In this document: piece after piece, positions 62,309 through 63,548 of the stretch
How positions within the stretch are numbered: position 1 is the first letter of the stretch
Layout of the letters: the number at the start of each line of letters is the position of its first letter
Virus record (IMG/VR): IMGVR_UViG_3300046167_000466
Location: 1 to 63,548 of that record
Direction: 5' to 3' (one strand)
Origin: a virus
Taxonomy: Duplodnaviria; Caudoviricetes
Length of the DNA: 63,548 bases
Program-made: the position numbers and the translations under genes
Notes under the pieces: generated by a model
What the model was told of the DNA's origin: nothing
The model's database searches: none
Seen by the model: the letters and a program-made list of their open reading frames with translations, nothing else

Positions 62309-63548
62309 GCTAATCGTTTATTACTGATTATACAATCGGCAGATATAATTGTATTAACAACACTCACTGCGTTTTTTAAAGCTGTTTTTGTAACTAACAC
62401 TGGATCTATAATCCCAGCTTTGATCATATTAACATCTTTACCCGTTTTAACATCTATACCTCTATTTTTGATTTGAGGATACACCACAGGCATATTGGCA
62501 TTTTCTAATATAGTTTCATATGGCGATCTTATCGCTTCTAACAATATTTCTTCACCTTTGTTTTTAGCTTTTACTAATGTAGAGGCATTTAACAAAGCAA
62601 CTCCGCCTCCAGGAACTATACCTTCTTTATAAGCAGCTTTTGTCGCATATATCGCGTCTTCGATGCGATCTTTCTTTTCTTTAAGCTCAACCTTAGAATC
62701 CGCTCCAACATATATTATACCGACTTGTCCGGTTAACATTGATAAGCGTTGCTCTAATTTTTTCTTAAAAAATGGATTGGTTTCTTCGGCTATTTGCTTT
62801 TCAACATCCATTATTCTTAATGCAACCTCTTCATTTGCTTCGGCTACTTGCAGAACAGTGTTTTTATCGTCTGTAACAGCTTTAAACGCTTTGCCTAATA
62901 CATCAGGGTCTATGAGATCTAAATCGTCCCCTAACTCTTCGTTTATTATATTAGCACCAGTAAGTATTGCTAGATCTTCAAGCGTCTGCTGCTTAGTTGG
63001 CCCAAAGCCAGGTAAATCAACTATATTTACTTTTATATTGCCTTTTACTTTATTGGCTAATAATGTTTGATACGGTTGTTGATCCATATCCGCTACTATC
63101 AGTAAGCTACGCTTATTTTTTATAACATGCTCAAGCACATTTTGTATTCTACGTATATTTGGTATAGGTGAAGATACTATAAGAACATATGGATCTTCTA
63201 ATGTAGCTGTACCTTTATTTTTATCCGTAGATAAATGCTGCGATTTTAATCCACTGTCAAATTGTACGCCATCAACAAACTCAACATAAGTTTCGTTTGT
63301 ATCAGACTCTTCCATTAGAACGACTCCATTTTTTCCAACTTTTTCATAAGCTTGTCCAATTTTATCTCCAAGCTCTGTGTCGTTGTTGCATGAAATACTA
63401 GCAACTTGCTTAAGCATGTCACCTTTAATTTCAATACTGGCTTTATTAAGATAAACCATAACTTTTTCAGCGCCACTAGTAATGCCACTTTTAAGCTCTC
63501 TAACTTCTTCTTCATTTAAGTGCTTATTAACTGTTTTAAGTAAAGAAT
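62305..63548 (-). CDS. groEL: Chaperonin GroEL, 3' part
   Basis: VGKNGVV, GVQFDSG, LPGFG, KEKKDRIEDA, EGIVPGGG, GIIDPVLVTKTALKNAVSV motifs; no C-terminal GGM tail. Confidence 0.96.
   Translation of the reverse strand, partial: SLLKTVNKHLNEEEVRELKSGITSGAEKVMVYLNKASIEIKGDMLKQVASISCNNDTELGDKIGQAYEKVGKNGVVLMEESDTNETYVEFVDGVQFDSGLKSQHLSTDKNKGTATLEDPYVLIVSSPIPNIRRIQNVLEHVIKNKRSLLIVADMDQQPYQTLLANKVKGNIKVNIVDLPGFGPTKQQTLEDLAILTGANIINEELGDDLDLIDPDVLGKAFKAVTDDKNTVLQVAEANEEVALRIMDVEKQIAEETNPFFKKKLEQRLSMLTGQVGIIYVGADSKVELKEKKDRIEDAIYATKAAYKEGIVPGGGVALLNASTLVKAKNKGEEILLEAIRSPYETILENANMPVVYPQIKNRGIDVKTGKDVNMIKAGIIDPVLVTKTALKNAVSVVNTIISADCIISNKRLA
63253..63548. repeat. 296-bp direct terminal overlap (copy 2)
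   Basis: Matches 1-296. Confidence 0.97.

Noticed and set aside
1-63548. Stop-codon reassignment as in some crAss-like phages; integrase, introns or inteins
   Set aside because: Long genes are intact in the standard code and no suppressor tRNA was seen. No integrase was recognised, and TerL, helicase and RNR show no obvious insertions.

Overview
This looks like the complete, circularly assembled genome of a lytic dsDNA tailed phage. Unit length is 63,252 bp: bases 1-296 are repeated at 63,253-63,548 and the break falls inside groEL. The structural module is Crassvirales/Cellulophaga-podovirus-like (TerL, portal, scaffold, major capsid, ring proteins, tail stabilisation protein, giant internal protein). 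Ribosome-binding regions are A-rich without Shine-Dalgarno motifs. Both points suggest a Bacteroidota (probably Flavobacteriia) host, which is an inference. Two arms diverge at ~8.05-8.39 kb and converge at 28,567-28,570. The + arm carries small early genes, an RNA locus, a sigma factor, recombination/replication genes and nucleotide-metabolism genes; no DNA polymerase was recognised. The - arm carries tail fibres, GroEL/GroES, small basic proteins, packaging, head, tail, internal and lysis genes. The most notable observations are: (1) a ~101-nt tmRNA-like RNA reduced to its alanyl-tRNA-like domain, preceded by a ~410-nt structured non-coding stretch; (2) a thymidylate synthase homologue with Asp at the E. 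coli Asn177 specificity position, next to a MazG fusion, suggesting possible dCMP modification; (3) a 2,940-aa virion protein with zincin, sigma-region-2-like and HAD phosphatase segments, alongside ten copies of an unusual early promoter motif; (4) an Ig-like domain split across a stop codon between two tail genes; (5) a three-copy inverted-repeat operator/origin motif; (6) a cluster of CGATCG sites in the early region. All calls come from reading motifs by eye; no searches were run.
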